From an uncultured Gammaproteobacteria bacterium (GTDB taxonomy: Bacteria > Pseudomonadota > Gammaproteobacteria > Steroidobacterales > Rariloculaceae), in assembly GCA_963817615.1 (NCBI GenBank), contig CAWFPH010000002.1, positions 1,305,959 through 1,369,958 of the forward strand: DNA of 64,000 nucleotides. The letters are read 5' to 3'. Positions 1 through 8,714 of the stretch are shown here, in pieces; the first letter of the stretch is position 1; the number at the start of each line of letters is the position of its first letter. The notes below the pieces were generated by a model, which was given only the letters and a program-made list of their open reading frames with translations, was not told where the DNA came from and made no database searches. A program made the position numbers and the translations under genes.

Positions 1-534
1 GTGCGGCGACCGTGACTCGAGCGCCACCGCGACTCCGTGGATCACGGCCGCGATGCGCACCGCGCTCTGCACGCCCGTTGCGCTGAGGCCCGCGTTGCGC
101 ACCGCTCGCTCGTGGGCCACGACGCAGGCACCGCAGCCGTTGATCGCCGACACCGCGAGCGCGTACAGCTCGAAATCCGCCTTGTCGACGCCGGGATTGG
201 CGAGCACGTTCATGCGCAGCCGCGCGGGCAATTTGCCGTATTCGTCGCTGCCGACGGCGTGCACGAATCGGTAGTAGACGTTGTTCATGCCCATGATCGC
301 TGCCGCGGCGCGCGCAGCCGTCGCCTGTGCCGGCTCGAGCCCGGGCAAGACCAGCGACTCGATCTCGTGCAGCAGCTCGGGATTGCGCGCGGCGATCGCC
401 GCGGCGAGCGCCGTGCCGAGAATCTGTCGCTCCTCGAGGCCGGGCGCGCCCTCGGCCGACAGCACCGCGCTCAGGTTGAGGCGCAGGTCCTTGGCGTGCT
501 CGGGAATCGCGTTCTTGAGATTCGTGAAATCCAT
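1..534 (-). CDS. ahpD: alkyl hydroperoxide reductase AhpD (3' end runs off the window)
   Basis: Own translation from ATG at 534: MDFTNLKNAIPEHAKDLRLNL...MGMNNVYYRF...LRMN...AVSAINGCGACVVAHE. AhpD CxxC motif. Directly downstream of ahpC. No stop before position 1. Confidence 0.93.
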   Translation of the reverse strand, partial: MDFTNLKNAIPEHAKDLRLNLSAVLSAEGAPGLEERQILGTALAAAIAARNPELLHEIESLVLPGLEPAQATAARAAAAIMGMNNVYYRFVHAVGSDEYGKLPARLRMNVLANPGVDKADFELYALAVSAINGCGACVVAHERAVRNAGLSATGVQSAVRIAAVIHGVAVALESRSPH

Positions 535-597
535 GCGGGCTCCTTTGTTGGGATGGCGGCGCGGCCGATGAGGGGTTCTCGGCCGCGCCGGACTGGG

Positions 598-1134
598 CTA
601 CGCGGCCTGCAAGGTGTCTTCGCCCCGCTGCCAATTGCAGGGACACAGCTCGTCCGTTTGCAGCGCGTCGAGCACGCGCAGCACCTCGTTGACGTTGCGG
701 CCCACGTTCATGTCGGTCACCGAAACGAAGCGGATCGTGCCCTCCGGGTCGACGAGGAACGTCGCTCGCTTCGCGACGCCTTCCTCGTCGAGCACGCCAA
801 GCGCGCTACTCAGGTCCTTGCGCAAATCCGCGAGCATCGGGAACGGCAGTCCGCGGAGGTCGGAGTGATCCTTGCGCCAGGCGAGGTGCACGAACTCGCT
901 GTCGACGGACGCTCCGAGCACCTGCGCGTCGCGTTCGGCGAAGTCCGAGCTCTTGCGGCCGAACTCGGCGATCTCGGTGGGACACACGAATGTGAAGTCC
1001 TTCGGCCAGAAGAACACCACGAGCCATTTGCCCGAGTAAGTGTCGTTCGAAATGGTTTCGAAGGCCGATTGCAGATCCTCGGACACGGTAGCTTTCAATG
1101 AGAAGCGCGGAAACTTATCGCCTACGGTCAGCAT
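598..1134 (-). CDS. ahpC: 2-Cys peroxiredoxin AhpC
   Basis: MLTVGDKFP start (ATG 1134, GGAG upstream). FWPKDFTFVCPTE peroxidatic motif and C-terminal ELCPCNW. Confidence 0.96.
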   Translation of the reverse strand: MLTVGDKFPRFSLKATVSEDLQSAFETISNDTYSGKWLVVFFWPKDFTFVCPTEIAEFGRKSSDFAERDAQVLGASVDSEFVHLAWRKDHSDLRGLPFPMLADLRKDLSSALGVLDEEGVAKRATFLVDPEGTIRFVSVTDMNVGRNVNEVLRVLDALQTDELCPCNWQRGEDTLQAA

Positions 1135-1188
1135 CGAATTGTTCTCCAGTCGGTTGCGATGGAGGCCATGGTAGGGGGTCGCACGAAG

Positions 1189-1225
1189 ATATGGCCAATG
1201 GATTAAGCTCATCGCAACGATCTAT
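1189..1225 (-). promoter_or_regulatory. putative OxyR binding site upstream of ahpCD
   Basis: Minus strand reads ATAG-N7-CGAT-N7-ATCC-N7-ATAT, matching the spacing of the OxyR consensus ATAG-N7-CTAT-N7-ATAG-N7-CTAT. About 55 nt upstream of ahpC. Confidence 0.7.
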
Positions 1226-1323
1226 AGAATCGAACAAGAGAGCCGGCGCCGTTGGCGTTCCGCCGGGCGACGGCTACCATGGCGCGGCGGCCGCCTCGGC
1301 CGAGGGCGTGGAAGCGTGCGCCG

Positions 1324-2361
1324 ATGGGTCATAAGTCGATTGGGCTGCTGGGAGCGATCGCGATGGCGAGTGCGGCGTGCGCGGACGAACAGCGCTGGCT
1401 CGGGCCGGAAGAGCACGGCCTGGTGACGGACGGCAAGGCCGTCGAATTCCCTCTGCCGCACGCGGGCAGCTTACCCTCGACCATTTCGATTGCGCCCGAC
1501 GGCACGCTCTGGTTCATCGAGAGCGGCGGCAATCGAATCGGCCGCATGAGGCCCGACGGTACGGGCCTGCTCGAGTACGATCTGCCGAATCCGGAGAGCT
1601 CGCCGCGGATCATCGCGATCGGTGGCGACGGCAACATTTGGTTCTCGGAGCACGCGGGCAACCGCATCGGCCGCATCACGCCGCGCGGCGAGCTCGCCGA
1701 GTTCCCGATCCCGACGCCCGCCAGCCAGCCGCGTGCGATTGCGCTCGGCGCCGACGGCAATATTTGGTTCGGGATGTTCGCGGCGGGCAAGATCGGACGC
1801 ATCACGCCGGCCGGTGCGATCACGGAGTTCCCGATTCCGACGGCGAACAGTGGGCCGCGCGCACTCGCCGCGGGACCTGACGGCAACATTTGGTTCTCGG
1901 AGTACCGCGCGAGCAGGATCGGCCGCATCACCCCGGCCGGCGCGATCGCGGAGTTTTCGCTGCCGCGACCGAATTCGGGACCGGGCGACATCACGACCGG
2001 CGTCGACGGCAACCTTTGGTTCGTCGAGCTTGCGGGCGGTGTGGACGGTGTCGCGACCGACGGCAATCGCGTGGGCCGCATGACCCCGTCGGGCGAGGTC
2101 ACGGAATTCAAGATTCCGAGCGCGGGCGGCTCGCCGATCAACATCGCTGTCGGGCCTGACCGCAACGTCTGGTACACGAAGGGCGGAGCGCTCGGGCGCG
2201 TTATGCCCGACGGGACGATCACGGAGTTTGCCGTCGGTCCCGGCTCGCGCGCGGTCGGCTTGACGGCCGGCAGCGACCGTCAGCCGCCCGACCGGCTGAG
2301 CAATCGGTTGTGGTTCGCGGACGGCACGGGGAACAAAATCAGCTACTTCGCGTTCCGCTAG
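1324..2361 (+). CDS. secreted Vgb (virginiamycin B lyase)-like beta-propeller protein
   Basis: Signal peptide-like N-terminus. Repeated P-x-x-I-x-x-G-x-DGNIWF-x-E...NRIGRITP-x-G-x-x-x-EF blades. Confidence 0.85.
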   Translation: MGHKSIGLLGAIAMASAACADEQRWLGPEEHGLVTDGKAVEFPLPHAGSLPSTISIAPDGTLWFIESGGNRIGRMRPDGTGLLEYDLPNPESSPRIIAIGGDGNIWFSEHAGNRIGRITPRGELAEFPIPTPASQPRAIALGADGNIWFGMFAAGKIGRITPAGAITEFPIPTANSGPRALAAGPDGNIWFSEYRASRIGRITPAGAIAEFSLPRPNSGPGDITTGVDGNLWFVELAGGVDGVATDGNRVGRMTPSGEVTEFKIPSAGGSPINIAVGPDRNVWYTKGGALGRVMPDGTITEFAVGPGSRAVGLTAGSDRQPPDRLSNRLWFADGTGNKISYFAFR

Positions 2362-2435
2362 TCCGCGATGGCAAACCCGAGTCTTTTCAGCTAGCGTGTC
2401 GCCCTTCGTGCCCGTGCGGGCACAAGGAGGTCTGC

Positions 2436-3104
2436 ATGCGCTTCGCTAAACCGGTCATCGCCGTGTCGCTGTGCCTGTGCGCCGCCGCGGCGGCGGCCCA
2501 AACGCTTTCCACCGAAGAGGACAAGACCCTGTATGCGGTCGGCCTCGCGCTCGGCCGCAACATCGAGAACTTCGGGCTCACGCCGGCCGAGCTCGCGCTC
2601 GTGACGTCGGGAATAAGCGACGCCGCGCTCAAGAAGAAGCCGAAGGTGGACCTCGACACTTACGGTCCGAAGATCCAGGGCTTGGCCCAGCAGCGTATGT
2701 CCGCGAATGCAACGGTCGAGAAAAAGGCCTCGGCGGCATTCCTCGAGCAAATGGCGAAACAGCCGGGCGCGCAGCGCGAAGCGAGCGGCGTGATCTACAT
2801 TCCCGAGAAGGAAGGCACCGGCGAGATGCCGACGGCAGAGAGCACCGTGAAAGTGAACTACCACGGCACGCTGCGCGACGGGACGGTTTTCGACAGCTCC
2901 GTGCAGCGCGGCCAGCCCGTCACGTTTCCGCTGAACCAGGTCATTTCGTGCTGGACCCAAGGCGTGCAGAAGATGAAGGTGGGCGGCAAGGCCAAGCTCG
3001 GCTGCCCGTCCGACACCGCTTACGGCGACACCGGTCAAGGCCCGATCCCGGGCGGCGCCGCACTGGTGTTCGAGGTCGAGCTGCTCGACATCGAGAAGCA
3101 ATAG
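2436..3104 (+). CDS. fkpA: FKBP-type peptidyl-prolyl isomerase (FkpA/Mip-like)
   Basis: Signal peptide, N-terminal dimerisation helices, VKVNYHGTLRDGTVFDSS, VISCWTQG, AYG, IPGGAALVFEVELL. AGGAGG RBS. Confidence 0.9.
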   Translation: MRFAKPVIAVSLCLCAAAAAAQTLSTEEDKTLYAVGLALGRNIENFGLTPAELALVTSGISDAALKKKPKVDLDTYGPKIQGLAQQRMSANATVEKKASAAFLEQMAKQPGAQREASGVIYIPEKEGTGEMPTAESTVKVNYHGTLRDGTVFDSSVQRGQPVTFPLNQVISCWTQGVQKMKVGGKAKLGCPSDTAYGDTGQGPIPGGAALVFEVELLDIEKQ

Positions 3105-3111
3105 GGCGGGC

Positions 3112-3142
3112 CCGAAGTCGTCGTGCGCGCCGACGACTTCGG
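3112..3142. terminator. inverted repeat between convergent genes (probable bidirectional terminator)
   Basis: CCGAAGTCGTCG-tgcgcgc-CGACGACTTCGG perfect 12-bp stem. No strong U-tract. Confidence 0.55.
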
Positions 3143-3164
3143 AGCGCGCCGTGTCGAACGCCCG

Positions 3165-3959
3165 TTACAGAAGCTCCGCCTGGATTTCGCGCAGCTTTGC
3201 TTTGATGATGCCGGCGTTCTCGGGCCCCATCCGGATCAATAGCTTCTGCCCCGCCGATAAATTCTCGAGCTTCGGGTCGGCGTACTTGTAGACCACGCTC
3301 GGCTGCACGAGCCGGATGGGCTCGTGCACGTCGGGCGTCTTGAGCAAGTGGTCGATGATCTCGAGCAGCCGCGTGTTGAAGAAGCCGTTCGGGTGCCCGA
3401 GGTCCTCGTACGCTTGTTGGAACAGCGGCTGCATGCCGCGGTAAAACGCCACGAGCGTCTTCGCATCGACCATCTTGACTGCCGTGACGAACGGATCGTA
3501 GCGCTTGTAGTTGTCCGGCGAGATCGTGAGCGAGCCCTCCGTGCCGGCCACCAGGAACTTGCCCGGAGCGCGCTTCACGGGCCGCTGCTGGACGGCCGCT
3601 TGCTCGCGCGACAGGTTGTCGATCGTCACGACAGCGTTGCGCACGATGCGCTCGGGGACCAAGAACTGGCTGATCGCGTCGTGGCCGACTACCTCGGCGA
3701 GCCCGCCCTGCACCTCGGAATCGCTCTGATCGAGCGGCGGCAGCGGCAGTGCGTGCTGCTCGGTCGGTGGAGCGACCTCGACGGGCCGCGGGGCCGGTGC
3801 GGCCGGGGCCGCGGTCGGCGCCGCGGCCGCCTCCGGGGGCTCGGTCGGCCTGATCGTATGCTCGTGCTGGTACCAGAATACGGCGACGGCCGCGCCGAGC
3901 AGCAGCACGGTGAGGCTGCCGCCCCAAATCCAAAAAGAATCCTGTTTTCTCATTGCCAT
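3165..3959 (-). CDS. DUF3014 domain membrane-anchored protein
   Basis: N-terminal TM, Pro/Ala linker, LPPLDQSD, NYKRYDPFV, PLFQQAYEDLG, YKYADPKLENLSAGQKLLIRMGPEN. Confidence 0.85.
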   Translation of the reverse strand: MAMRKQDSFWIWGGSLTVLLLGAAVAVFWYQHEHTIRPTEPPEAAAAPTAAPAAPAPRPVEVAPPTEQHALPLPPLDQSDSEVQGGLAEVVGHDAISQFLVPERIVRNAVVTIDNLSREQAAVQQRPVKRAPGKFLVAGTEGSLTISPDNYKRYDPFVTAVKMVDAKTLVAFYRGMQPLFQQAYEDLGHPNGFFNTRLLEIIDHLLKTPDVHEPIRLVQPSVVYKYADPKLENLSAGQKLLIRMGPENAGIIKAKLREIQAELL

Positions 3960-4078
3960 AGTTTCGCTCCTGCGGGATGCGCCCTGCGGCAGCGTCTTCC
4001 TGCATCTTACGCGCCGAGTGAAAGCGCGTCGCGCCGCGGCCGGGCCGTTAGGCCTTTTGCCGTTAGAATGCGCTCGCT

Positions 4079-5689
4079 GTGCAGGAGTTCGACTACATCG
4101 TCATCGGTGCCGGTACCGCGGGCTGTGTGCTGGCCAATCGGCTGTCGGCCGACCCGAGCGCGAGCGTGCTGCTGCTCGAGGCCGGCGGACGCGACGACTA
4201 CTTCTGGATCGACGTCCCCGTGGGCTATCTGTATACGATCGGCAACCCACGCACGGACTGGTGCTACACGATCGAGCCCGATCCGGGGCTGAACGGCCGC
4301 ACCGTCGGCTACGCGCGCGGCAAAGTGCTCGGCGGGTGCTCCTCGATCAACGCGATGATCTACATGCGCGGGCAGCGCAGCGATTACGACTATTGGGCGT
4401 CGCTCGGCTTGCGCGGCTGGTCGTGGGACGACGTGCTGCCCGTGTTCAAGCGCTCCGAGGACTATCAGCATGGCGGCGACGAGCTGCACGGCGCGGGCGG
4501 TGAGCTGCGCGTCGAGGAACGGCGGGTGAGCTGGGAGATCCTGGATGCCTGGCGGGACGCGGCCGAGGAGTGCGGCATCCCGAAGATCGCGGAGTTCAAT
4601 CGCGGCGACAACTTCGGCACGGCGTATTTCCAAATGAATCAGCGGCGCGGTGTGCGCTGGAGTGCGACGAAGGCGTTTTTGCGTCCCGTGCTGCACCGCC
4701 CGAATCTCACGGTGCGCACGCATGCGCACGTCGAGCGCATCGCGGTCGAGCCGCGCGACGGCGGACCGCGAGCGGTCGGCGTCGAGCTGCGCGAGAACGG
4801 CCATCCTCGGGAGGCCGTTCGCGCGAGGCGCGAGGTGCTGCTCGCCGCCGGGGCGATCGGCTCGCCGCAAATCCTGCAGCTCTCCGGCATCGGGCCGGGC
4901 GCCGTGCTCGAGGCCCACGGTATTGCGGTCGTGCACGACCTGCCCGGTGTCGGCGAGAACTTGCACGATCACTTGCAGATCCGTTCCATCTACAAAGTCC
5001 GCAACACCGTGACACTCAATCGCCGGGCGGGCTCCTGGCTCGGCAAGGCTGCAATGGCGCTCGAATACGCGCTGTTTCGCAGCGGCCCGCTCACGATGCC
5101 GCCGTCGCAGCTCGGGGCTTTTGCGCGAAGCGACCCGGAGCGTCCGGCCCCGAACATCGAGTGGCATGTGCAGCCCCTGTCGCTCGACAAATTCGGCTCT
5201 CCGCTGCACGCATTCGACGCGATCACGCCGTCGGTCTGCAATCTGCAGCCGACGAGCCGCGGCCACGTTCGCATCAAGAGCCCCGATGCCGCGGCGCATC
5301 CCGCGATCACACTGAATTATCTCGCGACGGAGGAGGATCGCGACGTCGCGGTCGCCGGCTTGAAGTTCACGCGGCGGATCATGGCCGCGAAAGCGCTCGC
5401 CCGGTTCGCGCCCGAGGAATGGCTGCCGGGACCCGCCGTCGCGACGGACGCGCAGCTCCGGCACGCGGCCGGCGATCTCGGCACGACCATCTACCATCCC
5501 GTCGGCACCTGCCGAATGGGGCGCGATGCGCTCGCCGTCGTCGACGATCGGCTGCGGCTGCACGGTGTGGCCGGGCTGCGCGTGATCGACGCATCGATCA
5601 TGCCGCGCATCACGTCGGGCAATACCAATGCGCCGACCGTGATGATCGCGGAGCAGGGCGCCGCGTTCATCAAGGCTGCCGCGCGCTGA
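4079..5689 (+). CDS. GMC family oxidoreductase (choline dehydrogenase-like)
   Basis: [23 protein letters not shown] motif, [43 protein letters not shown]. Confidence 0.93.
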   Translation: MQEFDYIVIGAGTAGCVLANRLSADPSASVLLLEAGGRDDYFWIDVPVGYLYTIGNPRTDWCYTIEPDPGLNGRTVGYARGKVLGGCSSINAMIYMRGQRSDYDYWASLGLRGWSWDDVLPVFKRSEDYQHGGDELHGAGGELRVEERRVSWEILDAWRDAAEECGIPKIAEFNRGDNFGTAYFQMNQRRGVRWSATKAFLRPVLHRPNLTVRTHAHVERIAVEPRDGGPRAVGVELRENGHPREAVRARREVLLAAGAIGSPQILQLSGIGPGAVLEAHGIAVVHDLPGVGENLHDHLQIRSIYKVRNTVTLNRRAGSWLGKAAMALEYALFRSGPLTMPPSQLGAFARSDPERPAPNIEWHVQPLSLDKFGSPLHAFDAITPSVCNLQPTSRGHVRIKSPDAAAHPAITLNYLATEEDRDVAVAGLKFTRRIMAAKALARFAPEEWLPGPAVATDAQLRHAAGDLGTTIYHPVGTCRMGRDALAVVDDRLRLHGVAGLRVIDASIMPRITSGNTNAPTVMIAEQGAAFIKAAAR

Positions 5690-5712
5690 GGGAGCTCGGC
5701 AGTCGCCCGCTG

Positions 5713-6594
5713 CTACAGAAAGAACTCGCCGAACCGATCGGGCGGCGGCATCTCGTCGAACCGCGGCGCGTCGTCCGTGATGTCGCACCACTCGGCTTTC
5801 GAGCCGACGTAGATGTGCACGGCCGGCAACGGCGCCAGCCGCGTATCGATTGCGCCGGCCGGAATCATTACGAGGTTGAAATCGGGCACGACGGTCGGCA
5901 CGAGACTGCCGCAGGTCGCGCAAAAGTCCGTTTCATACGTGCGCGGCGGGGGCAGCTTGAAGGTCCTGATCCGCTCGGCCCCGCCGCTGAAGCGAAAGCG
6001 CTCGGGCGAGGTGAAGAGCGTGCTCGCGAACGGTGCGCCCCGGCTGCGGCGGCACAACGAGCAATGGCAATGCACGATCCGCTGCAGCCCGCCGGCGATC
6101 TCGAACGCAACGCCGCCGCAGAGACAGCTGCCGACGATTGTGCCGTGGCGGCCCAGCGGCGGCGGCCGCTCGATGATCGGCAGCTCCACGCCGGAGGGAT
6201 ACGCCTCGAATTGCGGTAGCGCGTCGGCGATCGTGCAGAGCGACGACTTCGAGCCGGCGAAGATGTGCGCGCGCGGCTTCATCGCGAAGTCCGTATCGAG
6301 CGAGCCGGCCGGCACCACCAGAACTTCGGGCAGATGAGATTCGCCGGGCACCTTCGAGCCGCAGCGGCGACAGAACGGCCGCTCGAACGCCTCGCTCGCG
6401 CGGTAGTGGACGATCGAGTCCTCGCCCCGTTGCAGCGTGAATTGGGCGCGCTCCACGCCGAGCCCGCTGCCGTAGAGCGTGCCGTGCTGCTTGCGGCACA
6501 TCGAGCAGTGGCAGTTCGCGAACCATCGGTACGGTGGATCGACGGAGAAGCTCACCGCGCCGCAAAGGCACGCTCCGTGGGTCGCTTCGCTCAC
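5713..6594 (-). CDS. tandem double GFA/CENP-V (Mss4-like Zn) domain protein
   Basis: GTG start at 6594 overlapping the upstream stop (GTGA). Two copies of G-x-CLCG-x-V...CHCS-x-CR...FC-x-x-CGS...HI[FY]. Confidence 0.88.
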   Translation of the reverse strand: MSEATHGACLCGAVSFSVDPPYRWFANCHCSMCRKQHGTLYGSGLGVERAQFTLQRGEDSIVHYRASEAFERPFCRRCGSKVPGESHLPEVLVVPAGSLDTDFAMKPRAHIFAGSKSSLCTIADALPQFEAYPSGVELPIIERPPPLGRHGTIVGSCLCGGVAFEIAGGLQRIVHCHCSLCRRSRGAPFASTLFTSPERFRFSGGAERIRTFKLPPPRTYETDFCATCGSLVPTVVPDFNLVMIPAGAIDTRLAPLPAVHIYVGSKAEWCDITDDAPRFDEMPPPDRFGEFFL

Positions 6595-7376
6595 GCGGGC
6601 ACGGTCGCGAGCGGTGTGAGCTCGGCGTGCAGCCGCGGCGTAGCCGCGAGCAAGAACGAGCGAGTCGCGAGCGTCCACGGTCCGCCCGTATCGAGGTCGC
6701 TGACCGCGGCGCCCGCTTCCTCGGCGACGAGGCAGCCGGCCGCCGTGTGCACGGCCGGATTGGCGTCCGTGGCGGCGCTGTAGTGGACGATTGCCGCGAT
6801 GCGCCCGGCGGCGAGGTAGGCGTAACCGACGCTCGATGTGAAGGTCCACAGGTGCCAGCGGTCGGCCAGCCACATCCGCCGCGCGAGCTCGGCCATTCGC
6901 GCTCGGCGCCCGCCGATCCAGATCACGTGGCTCTCTTCGTTCGACGCGATCCGCCGGCCCGGCGGGTCGTCTGCGTGCTCGAGCAGCCGCGCACCGGCGC
7001 CGCGCTCTGCATACAGGATCTCGCCGGTCATGCCGATGCCGATCACGGCCGCCGTGACCGCGCCATTCTCGACGAGCGCGATGTTCGTGCAGTAGAGCGG
7101 CACATTGGACGCATAGCAGCGCGTGCCGCAGATCGGATCGACGAGCCAATGGGGGGCGCCGGCCGCCGCGTGGCCGCCGCGTTCCTCGCCGATCGTTGCG
7201 TGGGTCGGAAACGTGCGAGCGAGCGCGTCTCGGATCGCGTCCTCGCATGCGACGTCGGCCGCGGTCACGAGATCGATGCCGCCCTTGCTGCGAAGATCGT
7301 CGGCGCCGGCGCGCGAGTCCGCGATGCGCTGTGCGCGCCGAACTGCATCGATCGCGGCCGCCGTCTCGGCTCTCAT
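6591..7376 (-). CDS. inositol monophosphatase-fold protein (atypical active site)
   Basis: DLVTAAD, IGEE, WLVDPICGT (canonical DPIDGT), AYLAAGR, VHTAAG (canonical WDxAAG), EEAGAAVSDL. Confidence 0.85.
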   Translation of the reverse strand: MRAETAAAIDAVRRAQRIADSRAGADDLRSKGGIDLVTAADVACEDAIRDALARTFPTHATIGEERGGHAAAGAPHWLVDPICGTRCYASNVPLYCTNIALVENGAVTAAVIGIGMTGEILYAERGAGARLLEHADDPPGRRIASNEESHVIWIGGRRARMAELARRMWLADRWHLWTFTSSVGYAYLAAGRIAAIVHYSAATDANPAVHTAAGCLVAEEAGAAVSDLDTGGPWTLATRSFLLAATPRLHAELTPLATVPA

Positions 7377-7525
7377 CGGCGTGCGGCCGCCCGCATGCGG
7401 CGCCCGGCGCGCCCGAACTTTCGGGCCTCGGCAGCGGTCAGCAGAGGTGTCGGCGGAGCGATCGCAAGCGCAATGGGTGGCACCGGCACGAGGCCGCGCG
7501 CGTACAGCAGGCGGTGGATGGACAT
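7373..7525 (-). CDS. possible 50-aa small protein, translationally coupled to the IMPase-fold gene
   Basis: GGAG 7 nt before ATG 7525. MSIHRLLYARGLVPVPPIALAIAPPTPLLTAAEARKFGRAGRRMRAAARR. Stop overlaps the next start (ATGA). Confidence 0.35.
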   Translation of the reverse strand: MSIHRLLYARGLVPVPPIALAIAPPTPLLTAAEARKFGRAGRRMRAAARR

Positions 7526-7719
7526 CGGGAAGCTCCGATCGAAGGCCCGCACGGCCGCCCCGGGTCGACGGCGCGGCGCATTCTCCGCCGCACACGCCGA
7601 CAGGGTCAAGATGCTGACGTTGTGAGGCTTTCAGCAGCCGTTCAGGTAGCTCGAGTAGGATACTGAGCGTGTAATTTCGGCCGTCATGCTGGGCGGCAAC
7701 ACGATGGAGTGTGGCAGTC

Positions 7720-8169
7720 ATGCGAAGATGGATTGCGGCTTTGGCGGGCGCCGCTGCTCTGATCAGCCTGCCGGCGTACGCGGACCATCACCGCCACTAC
7801 GTCTCGAGGCCGTACGTGGGCTTCGGGTATGGCGTGGGTTACCCGTGGGGCTTTTATAGGCCGTTCTATTACGACCCGTTCTGGTACGGCCCGACCGTCG
7901 GGATCGGCGTCCGGGTCGACCGCAACGCCTCGCGCCGCGACCGCGCGGCCGACGAGCCGACGGAGCAGAGCGCGCTCAAGATGTACATCTATCCGGCGAA
8001 CGGTCAGAGCGAGGAGCAGACAGCGCAGGACCGCTACCAATGTCATGTTTGGGCGGTCGACCAGAGCGGCTACGATCCCACGCTCGGCACCGGCAGGCGC
8101 AGCGAGGCCGAGGACTACACGCGGGCATTCACGGCGTGCATGGAAGGGCGCAATTATGTCGTCAAGTAG
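7720..8169 (+). CDS. secreted Tyr/Gly-rich protein with a glycine-zipper-family-associated two-Cys domain
   Basis: Signal peptide (AYA/DHH), YG-rich segment, YIYPANGQSEEQTAQDRYQCHVWAVDQSG...YTRAFTACMEGRNYVVK. Confidence 0.75.
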   Translation: MRRWIAALAGAAALISLPAYADHHRHYVSRPYVGFGYGVGYPWGFYRPFYYDPFWYGPTVGIGVRVDRNASRRDRAADEPTEQSALKMYIYPANGQSEEQTAQDRYQCHVWAVDQSGYDPTLGTGRRSEAEDYTRAFTACMEGRNYVVK

Positions 8170-8692
8170 TCGCGCGGCGGCGTTGCTGGCCGCATTCTTA
8201 GCGAGCGGCTGCGCGGCCACGGGCCGCGCGGCCACCGGGGTCGATCTTGCGGCGTTGCAGGTCACGCCGCAGCGCGGACAGTCTGCCGATCAGGCTCGAC
8301 GCGACCGCTACGAGTGCCACAACTGGGCGGTCGAGCAAAGCGGTGAGGTGCCGCCGCCGCCGAGCGACGATAGTGCTGTGCGGCAAGACAGCGACCGCGA
8401 CAAACGCGAGGAGCGCGCGGATCGCGCAATCGCCGGCGCCGCGATCGGCGGAGTGCTCGGCGGCTTGTTCGGCGGCCGGGGTTGGCATGACCACAATCGA
8501 AACGTGCTCGCGGGCGCGGCCGTGGGCGCGGCCGTCGGGGCGGGCACGCAGAGCCGCGAGGCGCGCGACCACGAGGAAGCGGCCTCGGCGCCGCCTCAGA
8601 GCGGCTACTTGCGCGCATTGAGCGCCTGCCTCGAGGGGCGCGGCTACAGCGTTGCGCTGCCGCCGCCGCCTGCCAGGGCCGGACGCAGCTGA
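8156..8692 (+). CDS. glycine-zipper lipoprotein, paralogue of the upstream gene
   Basis: Lipobox LASGC. PQRGQSADQARRDRYECHNWAVEQSG, GAAIGGVLGGLFG/GAAVGAAVG zippers, YLRALSACLEGRGYSV. Confidence 0.78.
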   Translation: MSSSSRAAALLAAFLASGCAATGRAATGVDLAALQVTPQRGQSADQARRDRYECHNWAVEQSGEVPPPPSDDSAVRQDSDRDKREERADRAIAGAAIGGVLGGLFGGRGWHDHNRNVLAGAAVGAAVGAGTQSREARDHEEAASAPPQSGYLRALSACLEGRGYSVALPPPPARAGRS

Positions 8693-8714
8693 GAAATGGC
8701 CACCCCGCCGAGCG

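Noticed and set aside
1480-2240. Approximately 126-nt periodic repeats (GACGGCAACATTTGGTTC etc.) as a possible CRISPR or tandem array
   Set aside because: In-frame coding repeats corresponding to beta-propeller blades.
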